A stretch of DNA of 64,000 nt from Acidimicrobiia bacterium (GTDB lineage Bacteria; Actinomycetota; Acidimicrobiia; Acidimicrobiales; CADCSY01). Below, in pieces: positions 1 through 8,469 of this stretch. The notes below the pieces were generated by a model, which saw only the letters and a list, made by a program, of their open reading frames with translations, searched no databases and was not told the DNA's origin. The DNA lies in assembly GCA_050249235.1 (NCBI GenBank), contig JBFWQW010000001.1, positions 18,145 through 82,144 of the forward strand, read 5' to 3'. Each line of letters opens with the position of its first letter. Position 1 is the stretch's first letter. Made by a program: the position numbers and the translations under genes.

Positions 1-1343
1 GGGATGGTGGTGGCCTCGGGGTAGTCGTCGACGTCGTGCATCCCGGCCAGTCCGGGCACGATCCCCTGCACGGCGTCGTGACCCCGGGCCACCCGCCGCA
101 ACAGGTCGCCGACGCTGAGGCCCACGGCGATGCCGACGCCGATGAGCAGCCCGAAGGCGACGACACCGCCGGCGGCCGCCACCATGATCACGGCCTCGCT
201 GGTGCGGAAGGCCACCACCCGGCGGAGCTCGCCGACGTCGAGGAGCTGGGCGGCGGCGTACACGACGAGGCCGCCGAGCGCGGCCAGCGGGAAGGCCTCG
301 AGCACCGGCGCGGCGACCACGAGCACCACCGCCAGGCACGCCGCCGCGACGAGCCCGGCCAGGTGGCTCCGCCCGCCGGATGCCACCACCAGGGCGGTGC
401 GGCTGTCGGACGACGAGACCGGTAGGCCCCCGGCCAGGCCGGCGGCCACGTTCGACGCCGAGAGGGCCAGCAGCTCCTGGTCGGCGTCGAGGTCGTCGCG
501 CCCACCCGGTGGGGCGAAGGCCCGGCTGGTGAGCACGTTGCCGCTGAAGGCCACGAAGGCGACGCCGACGGCGGCGCCGAGCACGGCCGGCCAGAGGTGG
601 ACCGGGACGTCGGGCAGGCTCGGCGCGGGCAGGCCGGTCGGCACGGTCCCGAGCGTGGCCACGCCGTGGGCCTCGAGGTCGAGGGCGGCGGTGACGACGG
701 TCGCGGCCAGGATGACGAGGAGGGTGCCCGGCACCCGGCGGAAGGGTCGCAGGGCGTAGAGGGCGGCCACCACCGCCAGGCCCAGCAGCAGGGGGGCGGC
801 CTCGAGCTCGTCGAGCCCGGTGGCGACGTGGGCGAGCTCGGGAAGGGTGGCGTCGTGCCGGCTGGGGATGCCGGTCAGGTTCGGGAGCTGGGACACGGTC
901 ATCGAGACGGCCACCCCGGCCAGGTAGCCGACGAGCACCGGCTTGGAGAGGAGACTGGCGAGGAACCCGAGGCGGGCGACCCAGGCCACGAGCGAGACCG
1001 CGCCGACCGCGACGGCGAGGGCGGCGGCCGCGGTCGGGGGGTCGAGCCCGGGCCTGGCCGCCAGCGCCGCCACCGCCGAGCCGGCGAGGAGGGCGGAGGC
1101 GCTCTCCGGCCCGACGGAGAGCGTCCGGCTGGAGCCGACGAAGGCGTAGATCACGAGGGCGGGCAGGGCGGCCCAGAGGCCCCGGACCGGTTCGAGGCCG
1201 GCCAGCTCGGCGTAGGCGAGGCACTGGGGCACCAGGTAGGCGGCCACCGCCACGCCTGCCACCAGGTCGCCCCGCCCGGTGGCCCGCCAGCCGGCGAGGC
1301 TCTCGAGCCCGGGCAGCCGGGGCCGGCGAGGGAGCAGGTTCAC
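1..1343 (-). CDS. SulP-family inorganic anion (sulfate) transporter, partial; the C-terminal part runs off the left edge
   Basis: Not in the ORF track because it has no stop inside the window. My translation of the minus strand from GTG at 1343 reads VNLLPRRPRLPGLESLAGWRATGRGDLVAGVAVAAYLVPQCLAYAELAGLEPVRGLWAALPALVIYAFVGSSRTLSVGPESASALL... and stays open to position 1. It is a polytopic membrane protein with a SulP-type N-terminus and high GC3. Confidence 0.75.
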   Translation of the reverse strand, partial: MNLLPRRPRLPGLESLAGWRATGRGDLVAGVAVAAYLVPQCLAYAELAGLEPVRGLWAALPALVIYAFVGSSRTLSVGPESASALLAGSAVAALAARPGLDPPTAAAALAVAVGAVSLVAWVARLGFLASLLSKPVLVGYLAGVAVSMTVSQLPNLTGIPSRHDATLPELAHVATGLDELEAAPLLLGLAVVAALYALRPFRRVPGTLLVILAATVVTAALDLEAHGVATLGTVPTGLPAPSLPDVPVHLWPAVLGAAVGVAFVAFSGNVLTSRAFAPPGGRDDLDADQELLALSASNVAAGLAGGLPVSSSDSRTALVVASGGRSHLAGLVAAACLAVVLVVAAPVLEAFPLAALGGLVVYAAAQLLDVGELRRVVAFRTSEAVIMVAAAGGVVAFGLLIGVGIAVGLSVGDLLRRVARGHDAVQGIVPGLAGMHDVDDYPEATTI

Positions 1344-1391
1344 GCGCGCTCGCCCCGTGTCTCTCGGCCCGGCCGGTTCGGCGAGCCGGGG

Positions 1392-2423
1392 TCAGGCCGG
1401 GACGGGTGGGAGGAGGTCGACGGCGGCCTCGGCGAGGAGCGGCACCTGGGTGGCGTAGGCGGCCGGGTCGCTCTCGTCGCCGCCGCCGGCCCCGCCCAGG
1501 TAGCGGGCGTAGACGCCCTCGAGGATGCAGGCCAGCTTCCAGTAGCCGAAGGCCATGTAGGTCCGGAGCTCGGCCAGGTCGAGTGGCGACGCGGCCCCGT
1601 AGGCGGCGATCAGCTCGTCGCGGCTCGGGAAGTCGCCGGCCGCGATCGGCGCGCCGAGGAGGTCGGGCACGGGGTCACCGGGCTGGGTCCAGTAGACCGC
1701 GAGCTGGCCCAGGTCGGCGAGCGGGTCGCCGAGCGTGCACAGCTCCCAGTCGAGGACGGCGATCACCCGGCCCCCGGGGTCGAGCACGGTGTTGTCGATG
1801 CGGTAGTCGCCGTGGACGATCGACGCCCGCTGCTGGGCCGGGGCCACGGCCAGCAGGCGGCGGTGGGCCTCGTCGACGGCCGGGATCTCCCGCTGCTTGG
1901 TCTGGCCGAACTGGCGGTGCCAGCGGTTGAGCTGGCGCTCGAGGTACGCCTCCCGCCGGCCCAGCTCGCCGAGGCCGGCCTCGTCGGGGTCGAGGGCGTG
2001 GAGGGCGGCGAGCACCTCGACCATGGAAGTGGCCGACGCCCGGCGGGCGCTGGCGCCGATGGCGTCGGCGGTCGCCTGGTCGCGCACGACCGCGCCCTCG
2101 ACGAAGGACATCACCATGAACGGCGCCCCGTTCACGTCGGGGTCGTCGCACAGCCCGAGCGCGGCGGGCACCGGCACCGTGTCGCTGTTGGCGCCGAGGG
2201 CGGCGATGATGCGGTGCTCCCGGCCGACGTCGTGGGCGCTCTCGAGCACGTGGCCGAGCGGCGGCCGGCGCAGCACGAACGCCCGGCCGGCGGCATCGTC
2301 GACCCTGAAAGTGAGGTTCGACCGTCCGCCCGCGATCAGCGAGAACTCGAAGGGCGGCGTCGCCGAGGCCACGTTGGCCCGGAACCAGTCGGTGACCCGC
2401 ACCTCGTCGATCCCTTCGGGCAT
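1392..2423 (-). CDS. phosphotransferase family protein (APH/ChoK-type small-molecule kinase)
   Basis: 343-aa ORF. Kinase catalytic loop IVHGDYRIDNTVLD and metal-binding VLDWELCTLGDP. Divergent from the acyl-CoA dehydrogenase gene 89 bp away. Confidence 0.85.
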   Translation of the reverse strand: MPEGIDEVRVTDWFRANVASATPPFEFSLIAGGRSNLTFRVDDAAGRAFVLRRPPLGHVLESAHDVGREHRIIAALGANSDTVPVPAALGLCDDPDVNGAPFMVMSFVEGAVVRDQATADAIGASARRASATSMVEVLAALHALDPDEAGLGELGRREAYLERQLNRWHRQFGQTKQREIPAVDEAHRRLLAVAPAQQRASIVHGDYRIDNTVLDPGGRVIAVLDWELCTLGDPLADLGQLAVYWTQPGDPVPDLLGAPIAAGDFPSRDELIAAYGAASPLDLAELRTYMAFGYWKLACILEGVYARYLGGAGGGDESDPAAYATQVPLLAEAAVDLLPPVPA

Positions 2424-2512
2424 GCGGCGGAGGGTAGCCCCCGCCGCTCCCGGGCCCCCGGAGCCGCACGCCGGACCGGGCGCGCACCGGCGCCACGTGG
2501 TAGGTCGGTGCC

Positions 2513-3676
2513 GTGACGATCGACTTCTCGCTCGAGCCCGAGGTGGCCGCCCTCCGCGACCGGGTGGTGACGTTCGTGGCCGAGGTGGTCCTCCCCCGGG
2601 AGGGTGAGGCCCGGGGGCCGCACGGGCCCACCGAGGCGCTGCGGGTCGAGCTGCAGGCCGAGGCCCGGGCCCGCGGCCTCCTGGCCCCGGCCGCGGGGGC
2701 GGCGTGGGGCGGCCTCGGCCTCGACCTGCGGGGCTGCGCGCCCGTGTTCGAGGCGGCCGGCTACAGCCCGCTCGGGCCGCTGGCCCTCAACTGCGCCGCT
2801 CCCGACGAGGGCAACATGCACCTCCTCGAGGTCGTCGCCACGCCGGCGCAGCAGGCCCGCTTCCTGGCGCCTCTCGTGCGGGGCGACGTGCGCTCGGCCT
2901 TCGCCATGACCGAGCCGGCGCCCGGGGCCGGCAGCGATCCCGCCGCGCTGGCGACGGCGGCCCGACCCGACGGCGACACCTGGGTGATCGACGGGCGGAA
3001 GTGGTTCATCACCGGCGCCGACGGTGCCGACTTCTTCATCTGCATGGCGACGACGGACCGGGGAGCCACCATGTTCCTCGTCGAGGCGTCGAACCCGGGG
3101 GTCAGGGTCGAGCGGCGCATCGGCAGCCTCGACCACTCGTTCGCCGGGGGTCACTGCGAGGTCGTGTTCCAGGACTGCGTGGTGGGGGCCGACGCCGTGC
3201 TGGGCGAGGTGGGCAAGGGCTTCGAGTACGCCCAGGTCCGCCTCAACCCGGCCCGGACGACCCACTGCATGCGCTGGCTGGGAGCGGCCCGGCGGGCCCA
3301 GGACACCGCGCTCGACTACGTGTCCCGCCGCGAGCTGTTCGGCCAGCCGCTGGGATCGCTCGGGCTGGCCCAGCAGCACATCGCCGACAACGAGATCGAC
3401 ATGGCCGCCACCCGGGCCCTCACCTGGCAGGCGGCCTGGCTGCTCGACACCGGCCGGCCGGCCAACCACGAGGTCGGCATCGCCAAGGTCTTCGCGGCCG
3501 AGGCCATCTTCCGGGTGGTCGATCGCGCCGTCCAGCTGTGCGGCGCCTACGGCGTGTCCGACGACTCACCCCTCGGCTGGCTCTTCCGCGAGGTGCGCCC
3601 GTTCCGCATCTACGACGGCCCCTCCGAGGTCCACCGCCAGTCGATCGCCCGCCGAGCCGTCCACCGCCGCCCCTGA
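2513..3676 (+). CDS. acyl-CoA dehydrogenase family protein
   Basis: 387-aa ORF with ACAD-type stretches FAMTEPAPGAGSDP, GDTWVIDGRKWFITGA and IYDGPSEVHRQSIAR. The stop TGA (3674-3676) lies inside the left arm of a palindrome. Confidence 0.9.
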   Translation: MTIDFSLEPEVAALRDRVVTFVAEVVLPREGEARGPHGPTEALRVELQAEARARGLLAPAAGAAWGGLGLDLRGCAPVFEAAGYSPLGPLALNCAAPDEGNMHLLEVVATPAQQARFLAPLVRGDVRSAFAMTEPAPGAGSDPAALATAARPDGDTWVIDGRKWFITGADGADFFICMATTDRGATMFLVEASNPGVRVERRIGSLDHSFAGGHCEVVFQDCVVGADAVLGEVGKGFEYAQVRLNPARTTHCMRWLGAARRAQDTALDYVSRRELFGQPLGSLGLAQQHIADNEIDMAATRALTWQAAWLLDTGRPANHEVGIAKVFAAEAIFRVVDRAVQLCGAYGVSDDSPLGWLFREVRPFRIYDGPSEVHRQSIARRAVHRRP

Positions 3677-3738
3677 TCCCGTTCGTCGTCGACCGAGCCG
3701 GGGGTGGTTCCCGCTCCGTCGACGGAGAACGGGATCAG
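3673..3738. terminator. long imperfect palindrome between convergent genes (bidirectional terminator candidate); copy A of a 3-member palindromic repeat family
   Basis: CTGATCCCGTTC-GT-CGTCGAC-C-GAGC-C-GGG / loop GGTGGTT / CCC-GCTC-CGTCGAC-GG-A-GAACGGGATCAG. The outer 12 bp are perfectly complementary. Both flanking stop codons (TGA 3674-3676; TCA 3735-3737) sit in the arms. Confidence 0.65.
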
Positions 3739-4640
3739 AGGCCGGCTCGTCGACCCCGCTCGACGGTGCGGGCGGCCAGCTTGCGGGAGGCCTCGTCGAT
3801 CATCTCGTCGCCGAACATGACGGCGCCGCGGCGGTCGCCGGTGGTGGTGGCCCCGGCGTAGGCGTCGAGCACCTGCACCGCCCGGGCGAACGCCTCGGGG
3901 TCGGGCGTGTAGACCTCGTTGGCCAGGGCGATCTGGTCGGGGTGCAGCACCCAGGCGCCGTCGTAGCCGAGGTCGCGGCTGCGGCCGAAGTGGGCCCGGC
4001 CCGCATCGGCGTCCCGGACGGCCGTGCAGGGCCCGTCGATCACCTGGACCCCGGCGGCCCGGGCCGCCACCAGCAGCGAGACCCGCACCGACGCGGGCAG
4101 CGCCGAGCCGTCGAGCGGGCCGGGCAGCTCGAGCGACGCCGAGAGGTCGATGGGGCCGAGGATCAGGGTCTCGACCCGGGGCGACGCGGCGGCGATCCGG
4201 GCCACGTCGGCCAGGCCGGCCGCGCTCTCGATCTGCACCTCGACGCCGATGCCGCCGACCTCGCGGCCGGCGTTGCGCTCGACCTGGGTGAGCAGGAGGT
4301 CGAGGGCGGCGACCTCGGTGGGCGAGCCGACCTTGGGGAGCACGACGACGTCCAGGCGATCGCCGGCGGCGGCCACCGCGCCGACCACGTCGAGGTGGGT
4401 CCAGGGCGTGTCCCACGCGTTCACCCGGATGCCGACGACCCGGTCGCCCCATTCCCCCTCCCGGACCGCGGCGGCCGCGGCCGGGCGGGCGGCGTCCTTC
4501 TCGAGCGGGGCCACCGAGTCCTCGAGGTCGACGAACACCATGTCGGCGGCGAGCCCGGGGGCCTTGGCCAGCATCCTGGCGCTCGAGCCGGGCACCGACA
4601 GGCACGACCGGCGGGGCGCGGTGCGGGAGCGCTCGCTCAT
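3735..4640 (-). CDS. HpcH/HpaI aldolase / citrate lyase beta-subunit-like (CitE-type acyl-CoA lyase)
   Basis: 301-aa ORF with CitE-like motifs MVFVDLEDSVAP, VVVLPKV and TLILGPIDLSASL. Confidence 0.85.
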   Translation of the reverse strand: MSERSRTAPRRSCLSVPGSSARMLAKAPGLAADMVFVDLEDSVAPLEKDAARPAAAAAVREGEWGDRVVGIRVNAWDTPWTHLDVVGAVAAAGDRLDVVVLPKVGSPTEVAALDLLLTQVERNAGREVGGIGVEVQIESAAGLADVARIAAASPRVETLILGPIDLSASLELPGPLDGSALPASVRVSLLVAARAAGVQVIDGPCTAVRDADAGRAHFGRSRDLGYDGAWVLHPDQIALANEVYTPDPEAFARAVQVLDAYAGATTTGDRRGAVMFGDEMIDEASRKLAARTVERGRRAGL

Positions 4641-4714
4641 GCCCGGACGGTAGCGCCGCCCGGGAACCGGGCCCCCGGCCCGGCTCCCGCGGCCCGGCTC
4701 TCAGCCCGTGCCGG

Positions 4715-5704
4715 TCAGCGGGGGTCGTCGCCCCGGCGGTAGTCGATGGTGAGGGCGTCGAGGGCGGCGAGCAGGTCGTCGTCGAGGACCACGCCGACGG
4801 CCGCCACGCTGTCGGCCAGCTGCTCCGGCCGGCTGGCGCCGATGATCGGTGCGGTGACGGCCGGGTTGGCGAGCACCCAGGCCACCGCCAGGGTGGCCAT
4901 CGAGAGCCCGGCCTCCGCGGCGAGGGGCCGGAGGGCGTCGACGGTGGCCTGCTCGCGGTCGTGCCAGTAGCGGGCCCGGTACATGCCGCCCGAGCGACCG
5001 ACCGTGAACCGAGAGCCGGCCTCCGGCTCGTCGCCGGTGTGCTTGCCGCTGAGGAGCCCGCCGGCCAGGGGGTTGTAGGGGATCACGCCCACGCCCTCCT
5101 CCCGGCAGAGCTCGAGCAGGTCGCGCTCGGGCTGGCGGAACAGGAGGTTGTAGCGGGGCTGGACCGAGTCGATCCGGCTGATCCGCAGGGCCTCGCTGCG
5201 CCCGAGGGCGCGCGCCACCCGGAACGCCAGCCAGTTCGACACGCCCACGTAGCGGGCCCGCCCGGACTGCACCACCGTGTCGAGGGCGTCGAGGGTCTCG
5301 TCGAGCGGTGTGTCGGCGTCGAAGCCGTGCACCTGGTAGAGGTCGACATGGTCCGTGCCGAGGCGGCGGAGCGAGGCGTCGATGGCGTCGAGCACGTGCT
5401 TGCGCGAGGTGCCCCGGTCCCAGGGCCGGGGCCCGGTCTGGCCGTGGCACTTGGTGGCGATCAGGACGTCGTCCCGCCGGCCCCGGAGCCAGCGGCCGAC
5501 GATCTCCTCGGTGAGCCCGGTCGTCTCCGGGCCGCCGCCCAGCGGGTAGACGTCGGCGGTGTCGAGGAAGTCGATCCCGGCCTCGAAGGCGGTGTCGAGG
5601 ATGGCGTGCGAACGCTCCTCGTCGCATTGCACCCCGAAGGTCATGGTGCCGAGGCAGAGCCGTGACACCTGCAACCCGGTCCGACCCAGCCGTCCGTGGT
5701 CCAC
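4715..5704 (-). CDS. aldo/keto reductase
   Basis: 329-aa ORF. N-terminus LGRTGLQVSRLCLGTMTFG, then IDFLDTADVYP and NWLAFRV, typical of the AKR family. Confidence 0.9.
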   Translation of the reverse strand: MDHGRLGRTGLQVSRLCLGTMTFGVQCDEERSHAILDTAFEAGIDFLDTADVYPLGGGPETTGLTEEIVGRWLRGRRDDVLIATKCHGQTGPRPWDRGTSRKHVLDAIDASLRRLGTDHVDLYQVHGFDADTPLDETLDALDTVVQSGRARYVGVSNWLAFRVARALGRSEALRISRIDSVQPRYNLLFRQPERDLLELCREEGVGVIPYNPLAGGLLSGKHTGDEPEAGSRFTVGRSGGMYRARYWHDREQATVDALRPLAAEAGLSMATLAVAWVLANPAVTAPIIGASRPEQLADSVAAVGVVLDDDLLAALDALTIDYRRGDDPR

Positions 5705-5828
5705 GTCGCTCCTCCCGCGCCTCGATGCCGGCGGCCCTCGATGCCAGGGGACCGAGTGTGGCAGCGGCTGGCGGTCGGCGCCGCCGTGGGGCTCGACGAG
5801 GATCAGGCGGGTGGCCCCGCCGGCCAGG

Positions 5829-6137
5829 TCAGATGCCGGAGGCGAGGCGCAGGCGGTTGGCCCGGCGGCGGGCCATGACCCGCTGCTCGTCGTTCTCGCC
5901 GCCCCAGAAGCCCTGCTCGCGGTGGAGGCGGGCGTACTCGCGGCACGCCACCAGCACCTCGCAGCCGGCGCAGATCACGGCGGCCACGGCCTCCCGCGCC
6001 TCACGGGCTTCGGCCTGCTCCCCGTGGGGAGCGAAGAAGTGATGGGTCTGGCCCTTGCAGCCGGCCACGTCCATCCACTCCTGCTGGGCCCATCGGGGCG
6101 AGAACTCCACAACTGCCACGTGAACATTGTGAGACAT
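5829..6137 (-). CDS. whiB: WhiB family transcriptional regulator
   Basis: Start moved to the ATG at 6137 (MSHNVHVAVV...) inside the 169-aa track ORF. Four-Cys pattern AGCKG ... ICAGCEVLVAC (CxxC-x5-C) plus a GFWGGE turn. A GC-poor upstream stretch (6138-6185) looks like a promoter. Confidence 0.85.
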   Translation of the reverse strand: MSHNVHVAVVEFSPRWAQQEWMDVAGCKGQTHHFFAPHGEQAEAREAREAVAAVICAGCEVLVACREYARLHREQGFWGGENDEQRVMARRRANRLRLASGI

Positions 6138-6316
6138 CTCGGTGAATCTGCACAGTGAATGTTTCAGATGACCTTCATCGCCTGGGGCGATGCAGGACGC
6201 GACGAACGGGGCCCGAGCGTCCGGTTCGGGCCGCCGGCGACCGACCCGATTGCCTCGGACGCAGCCGTCGCGGGAGGTGGTCGACCGGCCGGCGGCGGGT
6301 GTGGGAGCCTCGCCCG

Positions 6317-8353
6317 GTGCCGGAGACCCGACGACCACCGGAGGCGGGGGGCGACCTGCCGGAGGCCGGCTCGGGCCGGATTCGAGCCGGGGGTGCCGGC
6401 GCCGTCGACGACCTCGTGGTGGCGGCGCTGGCCCGGGTGGTGGGTGCGCTCCCCGGCGGGGAGGACCGGCCCGGGCAACGGGCCATGGCCGCGGCCATCG
6501 CCCGGGCGGTGGCCGGCGACGAGCACCTCGTCGTCCAGGCCGGGACCGGCACCGGCAAGACCCACGCCTACCTGGTCCCGGCGCTCCTGTCCGGCCGGCG
6601 GGTGGTGGTGGCGACGGCCACCAAGGCCCTGCAGGAGCAGCTGGTCGACCGCGACCTGCCCTTCCTCCACCGCCACCTCGGCATCCCCTTCACGGCCGCC
6701 CTCCTGAAGGGCCGTTCCAACTACCTGTGCCGGTCCGCCCTGGCCGAGGCGGTGGCGGCCACGGAGGGGCAGCTCCTCGACGACGGCACCCGGGCCCTCG
6801 ACCGCGACGTGCTGGCCGAGGTGGTCGAGTGGAGCGCCACCACCGTCACCGGCGACCGGTCCGACCTGCCCACGGCGCTCACCGACCGGCAGTGGGGCCG
6901 GTTGTCGGTGGGCGTGGGGGAGTGCCCGGGGGCGTCGCGGTGCTCGCACGGCGACGTCTGCTTCGCCGAGGACGCCCGGGCCGCGGCGGCCGCGGCCGAC
7001 GTCGTGGTGACCAACACCCACCTCTACGGGCTCCACCTGGCCAGCGGCGGGGCGGTGCTGCCCGAGCACGAGCTGCTCGTGGTCGACGAGGCCCACGCCC
7101 TCGAGGACGTGGCCGCCGACACGATGGGCCGGACCATGGGGCCCGGCCGGTTCGACAACCTGGCCCGGGCCTTCCGCGGCCTCTTCACGGCCGACCACCC
7201 GGCCGCCGCGTCCCTCGACGCGGCCGGCACCCGGCTCGGCACGGTGCTCGAGGCCGCCGTGCCCGAGCGGGGCGACGGGCGGGTCGACCCCTCGTCGGGC
7301 GACCTCGCCGTCGCGCTCACCGGCGCCGGCAGCGTGGTGGCCGAGGCGGCCGGCGCAGCCCGGGCCCTCGACCCGGGCGGCGACGCCGCCACCCGCAAGG
7401 AGCGGCTCCTGCAGCTGGCCACCCACCTCGCCACCGACCTGGCCGCCTTCGCCGAGCTGGGCGACGGCGAGGTGGCATGGGTGGAGCGGACCGGCCCCGG
7501 GGCCGGTGGCGGCGCGGGAGGCGGCGGTGGGGTCGTCCTGCGGTCCGCGCCGATCGACGTCGGGAACCTGCTGGCCGAGCGGCTCTTCACGGGTCCCACC
7601 GTCGTGCTCACGTCGGCCACCCTCTCGGTGGGCGGCAGCTTCGAGCCCCTGGCGGCCCGGCTCGGGCTCGACCGCTCGGCCCGGCCCTGGCGGGGCGTCG
7701 ACGTCGGCAGCCCCTTCGACTACGGCGCCCAGGCCCTGCTCTACTGCGCCGCCCACCTCCCCGATCCCCGGGCCGCGGGGCACGAGGAGGCCGCCCTCCG
7801 GGAGCTGGAGGAGCTCGTCGCCGCGGCCGGTGGCCGGGCCCTGTGCCTCTTCACCAGCCGCCGGGCCATGACGGTGGCGGCGGCCCGGCTCCGCGACCGG
7901 GTGCCGGGCCAGCTCCTGTTGCAGGACGAGCTGCCCCGGCCGCAGCTCCAGGCCCGCTTCCTGGAGGACGAGACCTCGGTCCTGCTCGCCACCATGGGGT
8001 TCTGGCAGGGCTTCGACGCCCCCGGCCGCACCTGCAGCCTGGTGGTGATCGACCGGCTGCCCTTCAGCAGACCCGACGACCCCCTGGCCGAGGCCCGCCG
8101 GGCGGCCGCCACGAAGGCCCGGCAGAGCGCGTTCCACGCCGTCGACCTCCCGGCCGCCGCCGTGCTGCTGGCCCAGGGGGCCGGTCGCCTGGTGCGCAGC
8201 CGGTCGGACCGGGGCGTGGTGGCCGTGCTCGACCGCCGGCTGGCGACGGCCTCGTACCGCTGGACGCTCGTGCGCTCGCTCCCGCCCATGCGCCGGACCA
8301 AGGACCCGGCCGAGGTGCGGCGCTTCCTCGCCGAGGTGACCGCACCGACCTGA
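6317..8353 (+). CDS. dinG: ATP-dependent DNA helicase, DinG family
   Basis: Frame of the 732-aa ORF. Helicase motif I VVQAGTGTGKT, a DinG-type Cys cluster (NYLCRS, GECPGASRCSHGDVCF) and DEAH-like VVDEAHAL. The start is uncertain: in-frame GTGs occur at 6299, 6317 and 6416. The ATG at 6155 sits in AT-richer non-coding-looking sequence. Confidence 0.8.
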   Translation: MPETRRPPEAGGDLPEAGSGRIRAGGAGAVDDLVVAALARVVGALPGGEDRPGQRAMAAAIARAVAGDEHLVVQAGTGTGKTHAYLVPALLSGRRVVVATATKALQEQLVDRDLPFLHRHLGIPFTAALLKGRSNYLCRSALAEAVAATEGQLLDDGTRALDRDVLAEVVEWSATTVTGDRSDLPTALTDRQWGRLSVGVGECPGASRCSHGDVCFAEDARAAAAAADVVVTNTHLYGLHLASGGAVLPEHELLVVDEAHALEDVAADTMGRTMGPGRFDNLARAFRGLFTADHPAAASLDAAGTRLGTVLEAAVPERGDGRVDPSSGDLAVALTGAGSVVAEAAGAARALDPGGDAATRKERLLQLATHLATDLAAFAELGDGEVAWVERTGPGAGGGAGGGGGVVLRSAPIDVGNLLAERLFTGPTVVLTSATLSVGGSFEPLAARLGLDRSARPWRGVDVGSPFDYGAQALLYCAAHLPDPRAAGHEEAALRELEELVAAAGGRALCLFTSRRAMTVAAARLRDRVPGQLLLQDELPRPQLQARFLEDETSVLLATMGFWQGFDAPGRTCSLVVIDRLPFSRPDDPLAEARRAAATKARQSAFHAVDLPAAAVLLAQGAGRLVRSRSDRGVVAVLDRRLATASYRWTLVRSLPPMRRTKDPAEVRRFLAEVTAPT

Positions 8354-8469
8354 CGGGGGCGTCGGACCGGAGGGTGGCGCCGCCGTGACCGTGGGTGACA
8401 CGCGAGCGACCCGAGATCGCAACCGTGACGACGGATCCGGTGCCACCGGCTCGCGCATACTGGCTCGCC

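Noticed and set aside
597-2516. 639-aa plus-strand ORF (and other long ORFs at 130-759 and 1675-2631) overlapping the SulP and kinase genes
   Set aside because: Extreme Gly/Arg/Pro/Glu composition with no motifs. It lies antisense to well-supported minus-strand genes and is a typical high-GC shadow ORF.
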